From Bacteroidia bacterium (GTDB lineage Bacteria; Bacteroidota; Bacteroidia; UBA7662): a DNA stretch of 64,000 nt. This document shows positions 40,362 through 50,743 of the stretch, piece after piece (positions within the stretch are counted from its first letter, which is position 1; every line of letters begins with the position of its first letter). The DNA lies in the NCBI GenBank assembly GCA_049431025.1, contig JBMTCP010000004.1, positions 17,080-81,079 of the forward strand, read 5' to 3'. The position numbers were made by a program, and so were the translations under genes. The notes under the pieces are model-generated. The model did not search any database, was not told the DNA's origin, and saw only the letters and a list, made by a program, of their open reading frames with translations.

Positions 40362-41269
40362 AGCAAATAGCCCTGCATTACGTCCATCAGGCCTTTTTGG
40401 CAATCCACTTCGATCCAGTCGATTTGTAATTGCCCGCAGCGTAAACGCATCTGTGTAGCAAAGGCATCGTAAGCTTGGGTATAGGCCTCCTTGTACTCCG
40501 AAGGATTCAATTTTAATTCGTTTCCCGTTTCGGGATCTATCAGGCGGTAAGGCCCTTGTTTCCACTCAAAACGAACCTCGGTAAGGTGATCCAAAACCTG
40601 AAACAGCAAGACCTCGTGACGGTTGTATCGAAGGTGTTGCAAAGCTGCAACCAAAGCCTGGGCATCCATACCGGGTTCAAAACAATCGCTAAATACCAAA
40701 AGCAAACTGCGAGGTGGCATGGTCTCTGCTAATTCGTTCAAGGCCTCCACCAAGGCAGTACGTTTGCCATAATCCTCTGACTTAGCCTTAAGGGCTTTTT
40801 GAAGATGCAACATCACCGTGTGATGATGGGCTTGACCCAAGCCGGGCCTAACCAAACGACGCAATTGATTATCGCAAAGCATGAAACCATAAGCATCCCT
40901 TTGTCGGCGAAAGACATGGGTTAAGGCTGCGGCGGCACGCAGGGCAAATTCCCACTTACTGGTTCCTGTTTCGGGATAAAACATGGATGCGGAAGCATCC
41001 ACCAGAAGGTGTGCTCGGAGGTTGGTTTCTTCTTCGTAACGCTTCGTGAAATATTTATCGGTTCGGGCTAAGAGCTTCCAGTCCAAATGCCTGGTGGACT
41101 CACCGGTGTTGTACAAACGATGTTCTGCGAATTCCACCGAAAAACCATGATGTGGGCTCGCATGCAATCCAGTCAAAAAGCCTTCCACCGCCTGAGCTGC
41201 CTTAAAATCAAGAACCCCCGCCGATTCCAGATCGGCAGGGGTCCATGTGTTTAGGGGTTCTGAAGGCAT
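40337..41269 (-). CDS. DUF58 domain protein (vWA-like, usually MoxR-associated)
   Basis: HGFSVEFAEHRLYNTGESTRHLDWKLLARTDKYFTKRYEEETN...LLVDASASM signature. Confidence 0.8.
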   Translation of the reverse strand: MPSEPLNTWTPADLESAGVLDFKAAQAVEGFLTGLHASPHHGFSVEFAEHRLYNTGESTRHLDWKLLARTDKYFTKRYEEETNLRAHLLVDASASMFYPETGTSKWEFALRAAAALTHVFRRQRDAYGFMLCDNQLRRLVRPGLGQAHHHTVMLHLQKALKAKSEDYGKRTALVEALNELAETMPPRSLLLVFSDCFEPGMDAQALVAALQHLRYNRHEVLLFQVLDHLTEVRFEWKQGPYRLIDPETGNELKLNPSEYKEAYTQAYDAFATQMRLRCGQLQIDWIEVDCQKGLMDVMQGYLLQRSKRFR

Positions 41270-41272
41270 GCT

Positions 41273-44200
41273 TTATTTGGACTTGGTACGGTTTTCTACC
41301 CATTGAACCGTATCCAAGACCAAGGCTGATGCCGTAAAAATTGACGAATAGGTTCCGACTATCATACCCACGAGAATGGCGAAGGAGAAACTCTTGATCA
41401 CATCGCCACCAAAAAGGAATAACACCACGACGGTTATGATCGTTGTTACCGCTGTAATGATGGTACGGCTAAACGTCGTGTTAATTGCGCCGTTCATGGT
41501 CTTAAGATCCGCCGACAATTTGCGATTGCCCAAATCTTCGCGCAACCGGTCAAAAACCACCACGGTATCGTTGATGGAATAACCCACTATGGTCAAAATA
41601 GCAGCGATGAAAGCCTGGTCGATTTCCATCGAGAAGGGCAACCATTGCCAACCCAAAGAAAATATAGACAAAACGACCAAGACGTCATGGACGAGGGCAA
41701 CGGTCGCACCCAAAGCGTATTGCCATTTTCGGAATCGAACGACAATATAAACAAAAATTACAAGCAAGGCAAAGAGAATAGACCAAACCGCCGAAGCTTT
41801 GATGTCATCAGCAATTGTAGGACCTACTTTTTGGGAACTCAACAGAAATTGATCCTTGAACTTGGACTCATCGGGGGCCTGGGAATACAAGGCCTGCAGG
41901 CCTTTCCACAATTTGTTTTCGACTTCCAAATCGACCGACTCGCTGTTATCTTGAATCTTGAAGGTGGTGGTGATTTTGAATTGGCGGTTACCGCCAAAGG
42001 TTTTGACCTCAGGCGCCGTTCCAAATTCACGGGCCAAAGCGGTCCGGATTTCTCCAGCCTCACGATCGCTATCCAAAGAAACCACATAACTGCGACCACC
42101 TTTGAAATCTACCCCAAGATTGAATCCCTGGGTAGCCATCGAAACCAGACCAGCAGCAATGACAGTCAACGAAACCCCGTACCACAAGCGCCTCTTCCCA
42201 AGAAAATCAAAACTCAGATTTTTGAAGATCCTCAAAGACCAGGAACTCCCGAAGGTGATTGTTTTGCCCTTGGCAACATAATACTCCATAATCAAACGGG
42301 ACAAAAACAAAGCCGCAAAAAGTGAGGTAAGAATACCCACAATCAGGGTGGTCGCGAAACCACGAATAGGTCCCGAACCAAAGACGTACAATACAATACC
42401 CGTCAAAATCGTGGTGACGTTGGCATCAATAATGGACGAATAAGCATTAGCAAAACCATCACTAACCGCTTGACGAAGGCTCTTGGATCGGGCTATTTCT
42501 TCACGAATCCTCTCAAAAATGAGTACGTTGGCGTCAACCGCCATACCAATGGTCAAGACTATACCCGCCAAACCTGGGAGGGTTAACACCGCTTGAAGCG
42601 AAGCCAAGACCCCAAAAATGAAGAAAATATTCACAAAAAGTACAGCATTGGCAATAAGGCCGGATCCCGCGTAATAAACGGCCATGAAAACCAACACCAA
42701 TAAAAGTCCAAGAACTATAGACCACAAGCCACTCTGAATAGCCTCTTTTCCAAGGCTTGGTCCCACGACCGCTTCTTCTACAATGCGAGCGGGCGCAGGC
42801 AATTTACCAGCTTTCAAAATATTGGCCAAATCCTTGGCCTCCTCGGTGGTAAAGTTTCCTGAAATGGAGGACATGCCCCCGGATATTTCGGACTGTACGG
42901 TCGGGAAAGAATAGACATAATCATCCAGAACAATGGCGACCGACTTACCAATATTGTCGGCAGTCATCCTTCTCCATCGCTTGGCGCCTTCGGCATTCAT
43001 GGTCATGGAAACTTCGACTTTACCAAATGGATCAATGGATTCTCGGGCATCCGTAACTACATCGCCTTCTAATCCGGCTTTGTCTTCGTTTCCGCGCTTC
43101 TTCAACGCAATGAGGTCAAAAAATTTATTGCCATCTCCCCTACCCTTCACGGTCCAAAGCAATTTGAGGTTACGAGGCATGAAATTCCTTACTTCGGGTC
43201 TGGCCAACATGGCGTTCACCAGGGCCGTATCCCTCGCGGCCGATGTTCCAACGACTGGACCCTGCGAAACCTTGGAACTTCCGTCCTTGTCTTGAAAAAT
43301 AGCCGGCATTAACACCGCAAACAAGGGATTCTCTGAACGTGTCCTAGCCAAACCAACTTCCGAAGTGTCACCTGCCGAGGCCGTATCGGCCGCTGCCAAG
43401 TTTTTCATCAAGGTATTTTCGTTGGCCTTGGAGGTATCCTGGACAACCGTGTTCCCTAACGAGTCAGACTTGGCGGTATCTACCTTGGGAGCATTGGTAA
43501 GTTTTGCATCTGCTGCCAAAAATTTATTGACTTCGACCATGCGGTCCAAAACTTCGGCAGCCTCAAAAGTTTCCCAAAATTCTAGCTTCGCGGTACCTTG
43601 AAGGAGCTTACGTACCCGGTCAGGATTGTCAACCCCAGGCAATTCAATATTGATTCGACCTGAACCTTGCTGACGCTGAATATTGGGGGCCGTTACCCCA
43701 AATTTATCGATACGCGTTCTCAAAATATTAAACGATCGATCAATTGCACTTTCCGCTTCCTCACGAATCACGGCAATAACCTCCTCATCGGTAGCGTCAA
43801 AATTGATGCGCCCTTGGTTTTCGCGGGTTGCAAATATGCCTGCTAAGCGATTGTTGGGAGCGAGTTCTTTGTACGCCTGCACAAAAAGTGTAACAAAATC
43901 AGATTGTGAATTCGTCTGACGTTCATTCGCCAAAATCAAGGCGCGGTTAAACGCAGCATCCTTGCTTTGGTTGCTGAGAGCCCGAATAACATCCTGAACC
44001 TCAACCTCCATCACGACATTCATACCCCCCTGAAGGTCCAAACCCAAATTCAATTTTTGATCCCTGACTTGGGCGTAGGTGAATTTCTTCAACCATAAAA
44101 AATTGAATACCTCCTGATCCGCTATCGAATCGAGGTATCTTCTTTCGAGAGCAGCATCCCCTTGGGCATAATCTTTAGCCTTTTTTTCAACATTGGAGGC

Positions 44201-44281
44201 TATCCATGTAAAACTGAGTTGATAAAGGCAAATCAACGCGAATAAAGCGGCAAACCACCGCAGAGCACCTTGAGCTTTCAT
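41273..44281 (-). CDS. secDF: Protein translocase subunit SecDF (fused SecD-SecF, 1002 aa)
   Basis: Two periplasmic-domain/6-TM halves with conserved SecD/SecF TM motifs; Bacteroidota-typical fusion. Confidence 0.9.
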   Translation of the reverse strand: MKAQGALRWFAALFALICLYQLSFTWIASNVEKKAKDYAQGDAALERRYLDSIADQEVFNFLWLKKFTYAQVRDQKLNLGLDLQGGMNVVMEVEVQDVIRALSNQSKDAAFNRALILANERQTNSQSDFVTLFVQAYKELAPNNRLAGIFATRENQGRINFDATDEEVIAVIREEAESAIDRSFNILRTRIDKFGVTAPNIQRQQGSGRINIELPGVDNPDRVRKLLQGTAKLEFWETFEAAEVLDRMVEVNKFLAADAKLTNAPKVDTAKSDSLGNTVVQDTSKANENTLMKNLAAADTASAGDTSEVGLARTRSENPLFAVLMPAIFQDKDGSSKVSQGPVVGTSAARDTALVNAMLARPEVRNFMPRNLKLLWTVKGRGDGNKFFDLIALKKRGNEDKAGLEGDVVTDARESIDPFGKVEVSMTMNAEGAKRWRRMTADNIGKSVAIVLDDYVYSFPTVQSEISGGMSSISGNFTTEEAKDLANILKAGKLPAPARIVEEAVVGPSLGKEAIQSGLWSIVLGLLLVLVFMAVYYAGSGLIANAVLFVNIFFIFGVLASLQAVLTLPGLAGIVLTIGMAVDANVLIFERIREEIARSKSLRQAVSDGFANAYSSIIDANVTTILTGIVLYVFGSGPIRGFATTLIVGILTSLFAALFLSRLIMEYYVAKGKTITFGSSWSLRIFKNLSFDFLGKRRLWYGVSLTVIAAGLVSMATQGFNLGVDFKGGRSYVVSLDSDREAGEIRTALAREFGTAPEVKTFGGNRQFKITTTFKIQDNSESVDLEVENKLWKGLQALYSQAPDESKFKDQFLLSSQKVGPTIADDIKASAVWSILFALLVIFVYIVVRFRKWQYALGATVALVHDVLVVLSIFSLGWQWLPFSMEIDQAFIAAILTIVGYSINDTVVVFDRLREDLGNRKLSADLKTMNGAINTTFSRTIITAVTTIITVVVLFLFGGDVIKSFSFAILVGMIVGTYSSIFTASALVLDTVQWVENRTKSK

Positions 44282-44382
44282 AACAATATTAAAATTTTAA
44301 ATTAAAGACGAGTAAAAAATATGAGGGAATACCATGGTAAGCCTCCCCTTGGTAGGGCTTTTTAGGGCAAACTACCCGTTCG

Positions 44383-44787
44383 TTAAGGCGCTCGGCAGAA
44401 TCCAAAAGTACCCCAAAGGAGTTCCCGGGTAAGTAGCCTAAGCCTGGGGAAACCAGGCAGCTCCGTGGCCAGTTCACTCCCTACAAAACGCCCGAATAGG
44501 CCTGAACCGTCCGGCGTTTCATGGTCTGGTCCTGTTGGGCTGTGCTCGACCCATCCACCTTGGTTGCTTTGGCCTGACCAAGGCTGAAAAAAAGTTAACG
44601 GTGGTTGCGGATTTTGATCTTCGGACCCTTGGTTTGCTGCTGATGTGGCCGGAATCGACAAAACTGAATCGCAAGCACGGCCTTCTAAAGCGGCGGAAGC
44701 GGCCAAACTCAGCCATAGCAAGCTCAGGGCTAAGCTCCCAACCCCGAAGGATAGCGAAACTGTTCGAAAAAATGAGCGCAGCAGCAT
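44383..44787 (-). CDS. Possible small secreted hypothetical protein in secDF upstream gap (low confidence)
   Basis: ORF with signal-peptide-like start MLLRSFFRTVSLSFGVGSLALSLLWLSLAASAALE; remainder low-complexity Gly/Pro/Gln-rich. Confidence 0.25.
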   Translation of the reverse strand: MLLRSFFRTVSLSFGVGSLALSLLWLSLAASAALEGRACDSVLSIPATSAANQGSEDQNPQPPLTFFQPWSGQSNQGGWVEHSPTGPDHETPDGSGLFGRFVGSELATELPGFPRLRLLTRELLWGTFGFCRAP

Positions 44788-44837
44788 GTTTATACCAAAG
44801 GACTGCAAAGATAAACCTTAGCAGCCCTTTGTAAACA

Positions 44838-47027
44838 TTACGGAATCACCAGAAAGAGGCCCTGATGGATAGCCCCCGATGCCCTTTGGAGTTGGAGCAG
44901 GTACAGCCCTGGAAGGATCCCGTTTGTGGAGAATTGGCCACTTAGACCATCTTCCTCCATGGAAAAAGTCAATCCATAATCTGCTCCACTGAAATGCACT
45001 TTACCTTGGAGATCGGTAATGCTCCAAGTCATCACCGGATTGGTGGTTTCGGAATTCAATTCGCCGTCACCCTTCAAAGCCCAATACAAGGTTTGGCCAG
45101 GGACAAGAGGGTTTGGCCGAAGAACGGCTTCAGGTCGATTTAAGCTATTTTGGACCGATGAGGTGATCGAGAATCCGGTTGACCCTGCACTGAAGGTGGT
45201 GGATTGATGCGAAGGGTTTTGGGCACTCAGGGCAACAGGAACCATCATGGAATGCATTCCCGGATGTTCACAACGCAACAGGTATGAGCCCCACGGCAAA
45301 CCGGAAAATTGAAAATTCCCCGTTGCGTTGGTGATGGTGGAATTTCTAAAAGAAGTTGGAACGCCCCCGTTGGCGTTGAGCAATTGAACCTGGATGCCGG
45401 ACAAAGGCCCGCTAAGGCGTGGGAGATTCCCCCCTACGCCGCCACCTACGGTCCCCGTTCCACCACCGCTGGTTTGCGGCCTCAAATTGATAATCAAAAA
45501 GGAAGGCGAGTTTCCTGGTAGTTGAAAAGAATCCGCAGCGGTCCACGTCGTCGTATCACCGAAATAAGTGGGCGCGTATTGAGCCGCTAAGCCTGTCATT
45601 AATCGAGCCAAAAGGCTGTACCGGCCCGAAGGCAAAGTGAGTTGGAAAAAGGCTGAGCCTGCACTATCCGTCAGGTAAACCGTATCGATGGTGGTCCAGC
45701 CGGGCACTTGACCCTGACCCGGAGGAACCAGCCGTATCACCACCAAAGCCAAAGTATCCTGAAGCATGGGGTTGGCCGACTGAAACCCGGTAATGAGGCC
45801 TGCAACCCTATGCTGACCCGAAGGCGGTGCACATTGTAGGCTCAATGTCACGTTAAACGACCCGGAGAAATACGCAACGGTATCGCTGGACCAGACGGTA
45901 TTGGAACCGCAGGCTCCCCGGGCATATACAAATCCAGAACCTGCACCAACCGACACCGTATCCGCAAAATTTCCATTGACATCGGTGGTCAAAACCCTGG
46001 TGGGGGTACTGTACTGGTTCATAAAAATTTGGACTGGCTGTGCGGCCAAACCAAGTCCGGATGAGTTCACTAACGTACCCGAAACAATTAATACCCGCGA
46101 ACCGCTACCGCAGGACAAATTAACTGTATACAAAGAAGTACCTGCGATGTAAGTTGTCGTCCCGGTTACGGTGGTGCCCGGTCCCGTTGGTGAACCGCAA
46201 GAGGCCATTACCGTGATGGTATTGTTGGGTAAAAAGCTAGGTAAGGATACGGTCGCAGAATAAAAGCCCGAAGAATCTGTGAAGGCCGAAATCGTTGCAG
46301 CATTGGAAAGACTTATGCGGACCAAAGAAGAAACAACCGGAAGACCACTCGCGTTCAAAACCGTTCCCTGTACTGTAATTTGGGTAGAGGTCGAGGTTCC
46401 ACAGGTCAACTGAAAAACAGCAGCCGGTAGGGCCGCTGTAACGTTCTCTGTATCTATGGCCATCGTTCCGTTCCCACAGGATGCAGCAGCCCTTATGCTC
46501 ATCGCAGCGGATGTTCCAAAATTCAAATTAAGGGTATCGGCAAAAAATCCTCCTGTACCCGTAAAGGTTGTCCCCAGCGGTGCCGCGGTATTCGCGCCAA
46601 AAAACTGTACCAATTGACCGGAAGGTGCCGGACCTGTTGGCCATAGCAAAACTCCACTAACCGAGACCATGGTGCTTGTTCCCGTACCACCGCCACCACA
46701 CGCTAAGTCAACCTGGTAGGTGCTGTTGGGTTGCAAAAGAGGGACGGTTTGGGTCAAGGGACCAGCACCGGGACATAACGTAGAAACTTGAATGAGCTGA
46801 TTGGGCCTAAATACAGGCACGGTGACCGTAACACTGTAAAACCCCATGGTATCCGTCAACGCCGTTAAGGTATTTGAGTCCACCTGAATGGTAACCTGTT
46901 GAAGCGGAAGCGGAACATTTAGTGAGCCCATAACCCGGGTTACATTACCTTGTACCACGACAAATTGGGCTTGGGCCAGGAAACCGCTGCAAAGGGTCAA
47001 AAAAATCAAAAGGGCACGTACGAACAT
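44838..47027 (-). CDS. Secreted Ig-like/carboxypeptidase-regulatory-like repeat protein with T9SS type-A C-terminal domain
   Basis: Signal peptide MFVRALLIFLTLCSGFLAQAQ; repeated ~90-aa beta-sandwich modules (VQGNVTRV...GFYSVTV; VQGTVLNASG...GFYSATV); CTD ...LPGLYLLQLQRASGAIHQGLFLVIP. Confidence 0.75.
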   Translation of the reverse strand: MFVRALLIFLTLCSGFLAQAQFVVVQGNVTRVMGSLNVPLPLQQVTIQVDSNTLTALTDTMGFYSVTVTVPVFRPNQLIQVSTLCPGAGPLTQTVPLLQPNSTYQVDLACGGGGTGTSTMVSVSGVLLWPTGPAPSGQLVQFFGANTAAPLGTTFTGTGGFFADTLNLNFGTSAAMSIRAAASCGNGTMAIDTENVTAALPAAVFQLTCGTSTSTQITVQGTVLNASGLPVVSSLVRISLSNAATISAFTDSSGFYSATVSLPSFLPNNTITVMASCGSPTGPGTTVTGTTTYIAGTSLYTVNLSCGSGSRVLIVSGTLVNSSGLGLAAQPVQIFMNQYSTPTRVLTTDVNGNFADTVSVGAGSGFVYARGACGSNTVWSSDTVAYFSGSFNVTLSLQCAPPSGQHRVAGLITGFQSANPMLQDTLALVVIRLVPPGQGQVPGWTTIDTVYLTDSAGSAFFQLTLPSGRYSLLARLMTGLAAQYAPTYFGDTTTWTAADSFQLPGNSPSFLIINLRPQTSGGGTGTVGGGVGGNLPRLSGPLSGIQVQLLNANGGVPTSFRNSTITNATGNFQFSGLPWGSYLLRCEHPGMHSMMVPVALSAQNPSHQSTTFSAGSTGFSITSSVQNSLNRPEAVLRPNPLVPGQTLYWALKGDGELNSETTNPVMTWSITDLQGKVHFSGADYGLTFSMEEDGLSGQFSTNGILPGLYLLQLQRASGAIHQGLFLVIP

Positions 47028-47099
47028 AAGAATGGTTTTGGAATAACAAAAAAGGCCCATTCTGGTGAACAGACCTTCAAAAAATCAATAAATAAAGGG

Positions 47100-47723
47100 T
47101 TAAAGTTTAGGTTGAAGCTTGTAGCCCAACCCTAAGCGCAAAAACAATCCGTTTTCGCGGGTCATGAAATCATTGTGACGGTATTGCAAGGCCGGCATTA
47201 GAAGAATCCGATCGGCTAAGGTTTTTTGAAAGCCCAAGGCCGCATACCCACCCAGGTTAAAATCCAAAGATTTCAGTTTGAAGGTCAATGAATCATCCAA
47301 GAAAAAATTGATACCACCCTCTAAAAATAAACCATCCCTACCCGAACCCAAAGAGGTCCGAACCCGTCCTTCAACCAAGAAATGCCCAGTCCATAATTTT
47401 TGTGGAGCGATGGCTAAAGAACGATTGTGATGAACGGAAGCGGCCAAGGTATACCCCAGCATGAGATTTGGTCTGCTTTTGAGGTAATACCCCCGATCGT
47501 AGCCGGCCGAAACTTTGGTGTAGGATTTGGTGTCGCTAATTTCCCAAAGAAATGGAGATAACCCAATCCATCGGTCGGATTTGACCTGTTGCGAGGAAGA
47601 GACCCCAGCATCGTTGAGGGTAGATTGAGCCGTGGATCGACCCGATTGGAGCAGCCCCATGACCACAGCCATCAAAAAAATACCGCAACGGTAGGACCGA
47701 ACAACAAACATGGCTAAGAACAT
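47100..47723 (-). CDS. Outer-membrane beta-barrel protein (OMP_b-brl_2/PorT-like family), paralog 1
   Basis: Signal peptide, alternating amphipathic strands, C-terminal aromatic-rich strand; ~208 aa. Confidence 0.55.
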   Translation of the reverse strand: MFLAMFVVRSYRCGIFLMAVVMGLLQSGRSTAQSTLNDAGVSSSQQVKSDRWIGLSPFLWEISDTKSYTKVSAGYDRGYYLKSRPNLMLGYTLAASVHHNRSLAIAPQKLWTGHFLVEGRVRTSLGSGRDGLFLEGGINFFLDDSLTFKLKSLDFNLGGYAALGFQKTLADRILLMPALQYRHNDFMTRENGLFLRLGLGYKLQPKL

Positions 47724-47733
47724 ACGATAAAAC

Positions 47734-48300
47734 TTAATTTTTGAAGAAATAGACAAGACCAATTTGAAGTTCTCCGGATGGCACCGGTTGATCAAAAGTA
47801 TTACGGACTGGCCCTGGATTTCGGTTAAGGTTACGTGATAAACGATTGTAAACAGGAACTATCGCTAACTGGTCGCCAATTTGCCAGTGATAACCCAATC
47901 CAAGGCCTGTTCGAACAGCAAACCCGTTAGCAATACCCAAGGAGAGTTGAGGGAAGAATTTTCCGAAATAATAACGAACGAACCAAATGGACTCGGCGGT
48001 GAAATTATCCTTGTTAAACTTGCGGGTCGCCTTGAGGTAATCAGCCCGTACCCTCAGGTCTGTGCCTAACATCAAACGATCCCGATGAAAATATCCTGTC
48101 TGTCCACTCACTGCCAGGGTGATGATTTCTTCGGAATTGCCCAAGTAATTATTGAACAAGGCACCTGAACCCACAAAATAGGTGCCTTTTTTGAATAAAC
48201 CCGTAACATCGTTGCTTTTCCCATCAGCAGAATTTTGGGCAACTGAGGGGTTCACAAGGGTAACCAATAGGAAAATACCTAGGTAAAAAAGGCGGTTCAT
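47734..48300 (-). CDS. Outer-membrane beta-barrel protein (OMP_b-brl_2/PorT-like family), paralog 2
   Basis: MNRLFYLGIFLLVTLVNPSVAQ signal peptide; beta-strand periodicity; ends ...IGLVYFFKN. Confidence 0.55.
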   Translation of the reverse strand: MNRLFYLGIFLLVTLVNPSVAQNSADGKSNDVTGLFKKGTYFVGSGALFNNYLGNSEEIITLAVSGQTGYFHRDRLMLGTDLRVRADYLKATRKFNKDNFTAESIWFVRYYFGKFFPQLSLGIANGFAVRTGLGLGYHWQIGDQLAIVPVYNRLSRNLNRNPGPVRNTFDQPVPSGELQIGLVYFFKN

Positions 48301-48355
48301 AAGCGGGATTTTAAGCAAATTTAGGGCAAATAGGGCGTCCCTCGGTTCAGAAGGA

Positions 48356-48883
48356 TCAAAAATCACGAAAAGCCAGCGGTAAAAGGTCGGAAGCCCTCTC
48401 CAAACACCAAATTGTGCCTCCAGAACTGGCCAAATACAGGGGGAAATCATGGTTTTGGCGTTTTATCTGTTCCATCAAAGCCTGGCGACACATTCCGCAA
48501 GGGGCCACCGGCTTGGGATCAACCGGCATTACGAACCCATGATTGCTCGTAAAACGAGCTGCGAACACCAACATGGCCTGAACTCGAGAAAGGGGTACCT
48601 GACAAGACAGAGCACTCAAAACGACCCTCTCAGCACAAATCCCCACTGGAAAGGAAGCATTTTCCTGGTTAGTGCCTGCCAAAACACCTCCTTCTGATGT
48701 TAAAACAACAGCCACGACATGAAAACCTGAATACGGCGCATAGGCCAAAGGCCAAAGTCTTTGGGCTTCTTCCCACATTCGAACAACGTTTTCATCAAAT
48801 TCGTCTATACTACCCTCCAAAAAATCCAAAGAAATGGAACGCTTTTGAAGGCTCTTCGAACCTTTGTTGGAGGAATTCACCAT
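48356..48883 (-). CDS. cdd: Cytidine deaminase
   Basis: CAERVVL...PCGMCRQALME zinc-binding CDA motifs (C/H-A-E ... PCGxCRQ). Confidence 0.75.
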   Translation of the reverse strand: MVNSSNKGSKSLQKRSISLDFLEGSIDEFDENVVRMWEEAQRLWPLAYAPYSGFHVVAVVLTSEGGVLAGTNQENASFPVGICAERVVLSALSCQVPLSRVQAMLVFAARFTSNHGFVMPVDPKPVAPCGMCRQALMEQIKRQNHDFPLYLASSGGTIWCLERASDLLPLAFRDF

Positions 48884-50743
48884 TTAACGCGGTTGAAAGA
48901 TAACATATCCACGGGGAGGTAGGTGAAAGGGACCGGATATGGACTCAAACACCGAGGAACCCGGCCAAGCGTAGGCTTTATCAAAAAATTTACGGCAATC
49001 AAACGAAATGGCTTGTTCGGTTGGATTCAAAAAAACCTGAATCTGCCCCGTACTACTTTGCCTTTGATACCCCAAAACCTGGTTGTTATCGGGTGGGTTT
49101 AACCAACGCAAAAGTCCGGTTCGAAGCGCTGGATGAGTAGAGCGTAAAGCCAATAAATCCTTTATGAGGCCCAAAATCACGGTATCTTGTTCAACCACCT
49201 GGACCTCGGGATACAAGGTTTGATCGGGCCGAAACCTTTCATCTTCGTAGTGGATATCCTTCCAAACCATGGGCTTTCGACAATCAGGGTCGTTAGCCCC
49301 CCACATTCCCACTTCATCCCCGTAATACAACATCGGTGCACCGGGAAAGGTATACTGAAAAACCAACCACTGCGCTTGAATTTTTCGCTCGATGCCTCGA
49401 GTATTTCTGGTGTTATAGGCGGGGTTAGACGCCTTGGATAAAGAAAAATAAGCCCCCCAATCACCGTATTTGGCGAAATTCCTGTTGACGATATGGGAGG
49501 CCAAGCGGTTCGCATCATGGCTTCCAAAAAGGTTTTGTTGCGACAAAAAACGATCGTAACCAAACACATCAATCAATTCATCCATTTGTTTTTGAAATCG
49601 TTTGGTCGTTGGTCGATTTCTGTCGTTAATAAAGTACTCACTTGCCACAAAAGCAAAGGGATAGTTCATGACCGCATCGAACTCATCGCCCTCCAAGTAG
49701 GGCTTGAGTTTGGGCGCCTCATCAATAACCTCGGCCGTAAGGTAAGCCTCCGGATTCCATTCCTTGACCTTAGTACGCCAACGTTTCCAAAACGGATGCG
49801 CAACACAAAAGGCAACATCCAATCGCCAACCATCAATTCCCAAGGCGATAGAACCCAAATTTGGAGAACTTGATGTCCAATCGGGCTTCATCCAACGCTG
49901 GGTTATAGTATGGATGTATTGATCGGGACCCGGGGTTAAACCTTCTTTGTTTTCTTTGAATTCCGGGAGATCCTGAATGCCAAACCAACCCTTGTAACGA
50001 AACGCTTTTCCGGAATCGATATCCCGCCATTGTTCGATTTCAAACCAATCCGCATAAGGTGAAGCTTGCTGATTTTGAATGACATCCACAAAAAACGGAC
50101 TGCCTACGCCCATGTGATTAAATACCCCATCCCAAATAATTCGCATTCCCCTTCGATGAACCTCACCCACCAAATGCAAAGCCAGGGTATCAGCGCTGGT
50201 CCATTTCCAGGTCTTGGGGTCTCCTGGATTTTCGGTTGCCATGAGCGCCAAATCAGCCGCCGGATTGGGACCTAAATAAGGGTCAACATGATGCAATACA
50301 TAAGCATCGTAACGATGATGGGAAGGGGCATAAAAAATAGGATTCAAGTACAAGGCTTGAACGCCCAGGTTTTGAAGGTAATCCAGACGTTGTAAAATAC
50401 CCGCCAGATCTCCCCCATAGCGCCTACGGGTTATGTTATACCACAAATCTTTACCGTTGGCTTTTTCGTAGGGTTGTAATTTATACCAATCCGAGGTCCA
50501 AGGATGGAGCTGCCACGGACCAAGCGTATCGTGAGGCCAGGCATCCTGCTGTGCGCTCAAGGGCGGATCGTTCAGGGTGTCGCCGTTCCAAAAGCGATCC
50601 GGAAAGATCTGGTACCAAACAACACCTTTGGACCAGGTTGGCGGGGCCTCATGGCGTTGTTTTGGCGATTGGGCTTGGCTAACCAGGCCAAAACCTAACC
50701 AAAACAAAAAGAATAGGCCGTGCTTCATGGCAAAAGAAACCAT
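48884..50743 (-). CDS. GH13 alpha-amylase-family glycoside hydrolase (secreted)
   Basis: GH13 regions YLNPIFYAPSHHRYD (I), GWRLDVAFCVAH (II, catalytic Asp), FGSHDANR (IV); signal peptide from MVSFAMKHGLFFLFWLGFGLVSQAQS. Confidence 0.85.
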   Translation of the reverse strand: MVSFAMKHGLFFLFWLGFGLVSQAQSPKQRHEAPPTWSKGVVWYQIFPDRFWNGDTLNDPPLSAQQDAWPHDTLGPWQLHPWTSDWYKLQPYEKANGKDLWYNITRRRYGGDLAGILQRLDYLQNLGVQALYLNPIFYAPSHHRYDAYVLHHVDPYLGPNPAADLALMATENPGDPKTWKWTSADTLALHLVGEVHRRGMRIIWDGVFNHMGVGSPFFVDVIQNQQASPYADWFEIEQWRDIDSGKAFRYKGWFGIQDLPEFKENKEGLTPGPDQYIHTITQRWMKPDWTSSSPNLGSIALGIDGWRLDVAFCVAHPFWKRWRTKVKEWNPEAYLTAEVIDEAPKLKPYLEGDEFDAVMNYPFAFVASEYFINDRNRPTTKRFQKQMDELIDVFGYDRFLSQQNLFGSHDANRLASHIVNRNFAKYGDWGAYFSLSKASNPAYNTRNTRGIERKIQAQWLVFQYTFPGAPMLYYGDEVGMWGANDPDCRKPMVWKDIHYEDERFRPDQTLYPEVQVVEQDTVILGLIKDLLALRSTHPALRTGLLRWLNPPDNNQVLGYQRQSSTGQIQVFLNPTEQAISFDCRKFFDKAYAWPGSSVFESISGPFHLPPRGYVIFQPR

